Positions 63,424 through 64,000 of a stretch of 64,000 nt of DNA are shown piece by piece. The stretch spans positions 62,001 to 126,000 of the forward strand of contig RSEE01000105.1 in the NCBI GenBank assembly GCA_003971905.1. Reading direction: 5' to 3'. The notes beneath the pieces are model-generated. The model ran no database searches and was not told where the DNA came from. It saw nothing but the letters and a program-made list of their open reading frames with translations. Source of the DNA: Moniliella sp. 'wahieum'. Lineage: Eukaryota. Numbering within the stretch: position 1 is the stretch's first letter; every line of letters begins with the position of its first letter. Position numbers and translations under genes: made by a program.

Positions 63424-64000
63424 GGCGGAGATTGTGGTGGAAGAAGGGTGCAAGGAGGGAGAGGGAGGTGGAGAAGTGGGCTTAGGCGGCGTGGTGTGGT
63501 AGATAGGTTGTCGACGAGGCAAGAGTGCGTACCGTTTATCCAAGTAGGTGCCTCGGGATAGGCATCAACCTGCGCTGGGGTGGATTATACACTGGCCAGT
63601 TACGCGCTGTCGCTTAGATTAATTGGCCGGGGACAAAGGAACAAGACTGGCGCAGTTCGGTGCTCAGCGTGTAGTGAATGCGGCAGGGGGGCAGTGTATG
63701 CGCGCGGCGACAGCACGGTTGCTGGGAAGCGCTGTGCCGCATCCAGACGCGGACAGACTGGCGCTGTGCGTGGGGGTAGCGAGCAGCGCTGAGGCTCGGC
63801 TGGGAGGCGCAGCAGTAAGGAGTAAGGAGTAAGGATTGGGCTGCGAGGAGAGGCGTGTGATGTGATGCGTGTGATGGAGGCTGCCTTAGCGCGTATGGCT
63901 GCTCCAAGCAGTGTGGGCAAGCGCGTATATGGGCGAGGTCTGACGTAACGGACGCCCCACTCAGCCACTCCGCCGCGCTAACCATCCCGATTAAATCGAG

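Overview
Eukaryotic, GC-rich, intron-poor fungal genomic DNA. It is most likely a basidiomycete of the Ustilaginomycotina type, inferred from the gene set, GTAYGT/GTCCGT...CTRAC...YAG introns and low-complexity insertions. Almost every gene is broken by single-base indels, including normally indispensable ones, which points to an unpolished long-read assembly rather than pseudogenes; gene termini are therefore approximate. Recognisable genes: DBR1, an MFS sugar transporter, MCR1, a secreted sedolisin, ATX1, a RhoGEF-CNH protein, a DEF1-like CUE protein, a DYRK kinase, DCC1, a HemK/MTQ1 methyltransferase, KCS1, CDC14, a single-domain thioredoxin, VWA8, a 2OG-Fe(II) dioxygenase and two intron-containing tRNA-Ile(AAU) genes. 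The most unusual elements are five. (1) A young, full-length 5.0-kb Ty1/copia element with ~155-bp LTRs, an in-frame UAG between gag and pol, and a PBS that looks antisense to a tRNA-Tyr anticodon arm. (2) An unrecognised ~670-aa protein built from four ~140-150-aa repeats, lying next to that insertion. (3) A secreted, Kex2-site-bearing protein made of two amphipathic helical repeats. (4) A CxxS single-domain thioredoxin. (5) Adjacent genes carrying PTS2 (VWA8) and PTS1 (dioxygenase, -SKL) peroxisomal signals.
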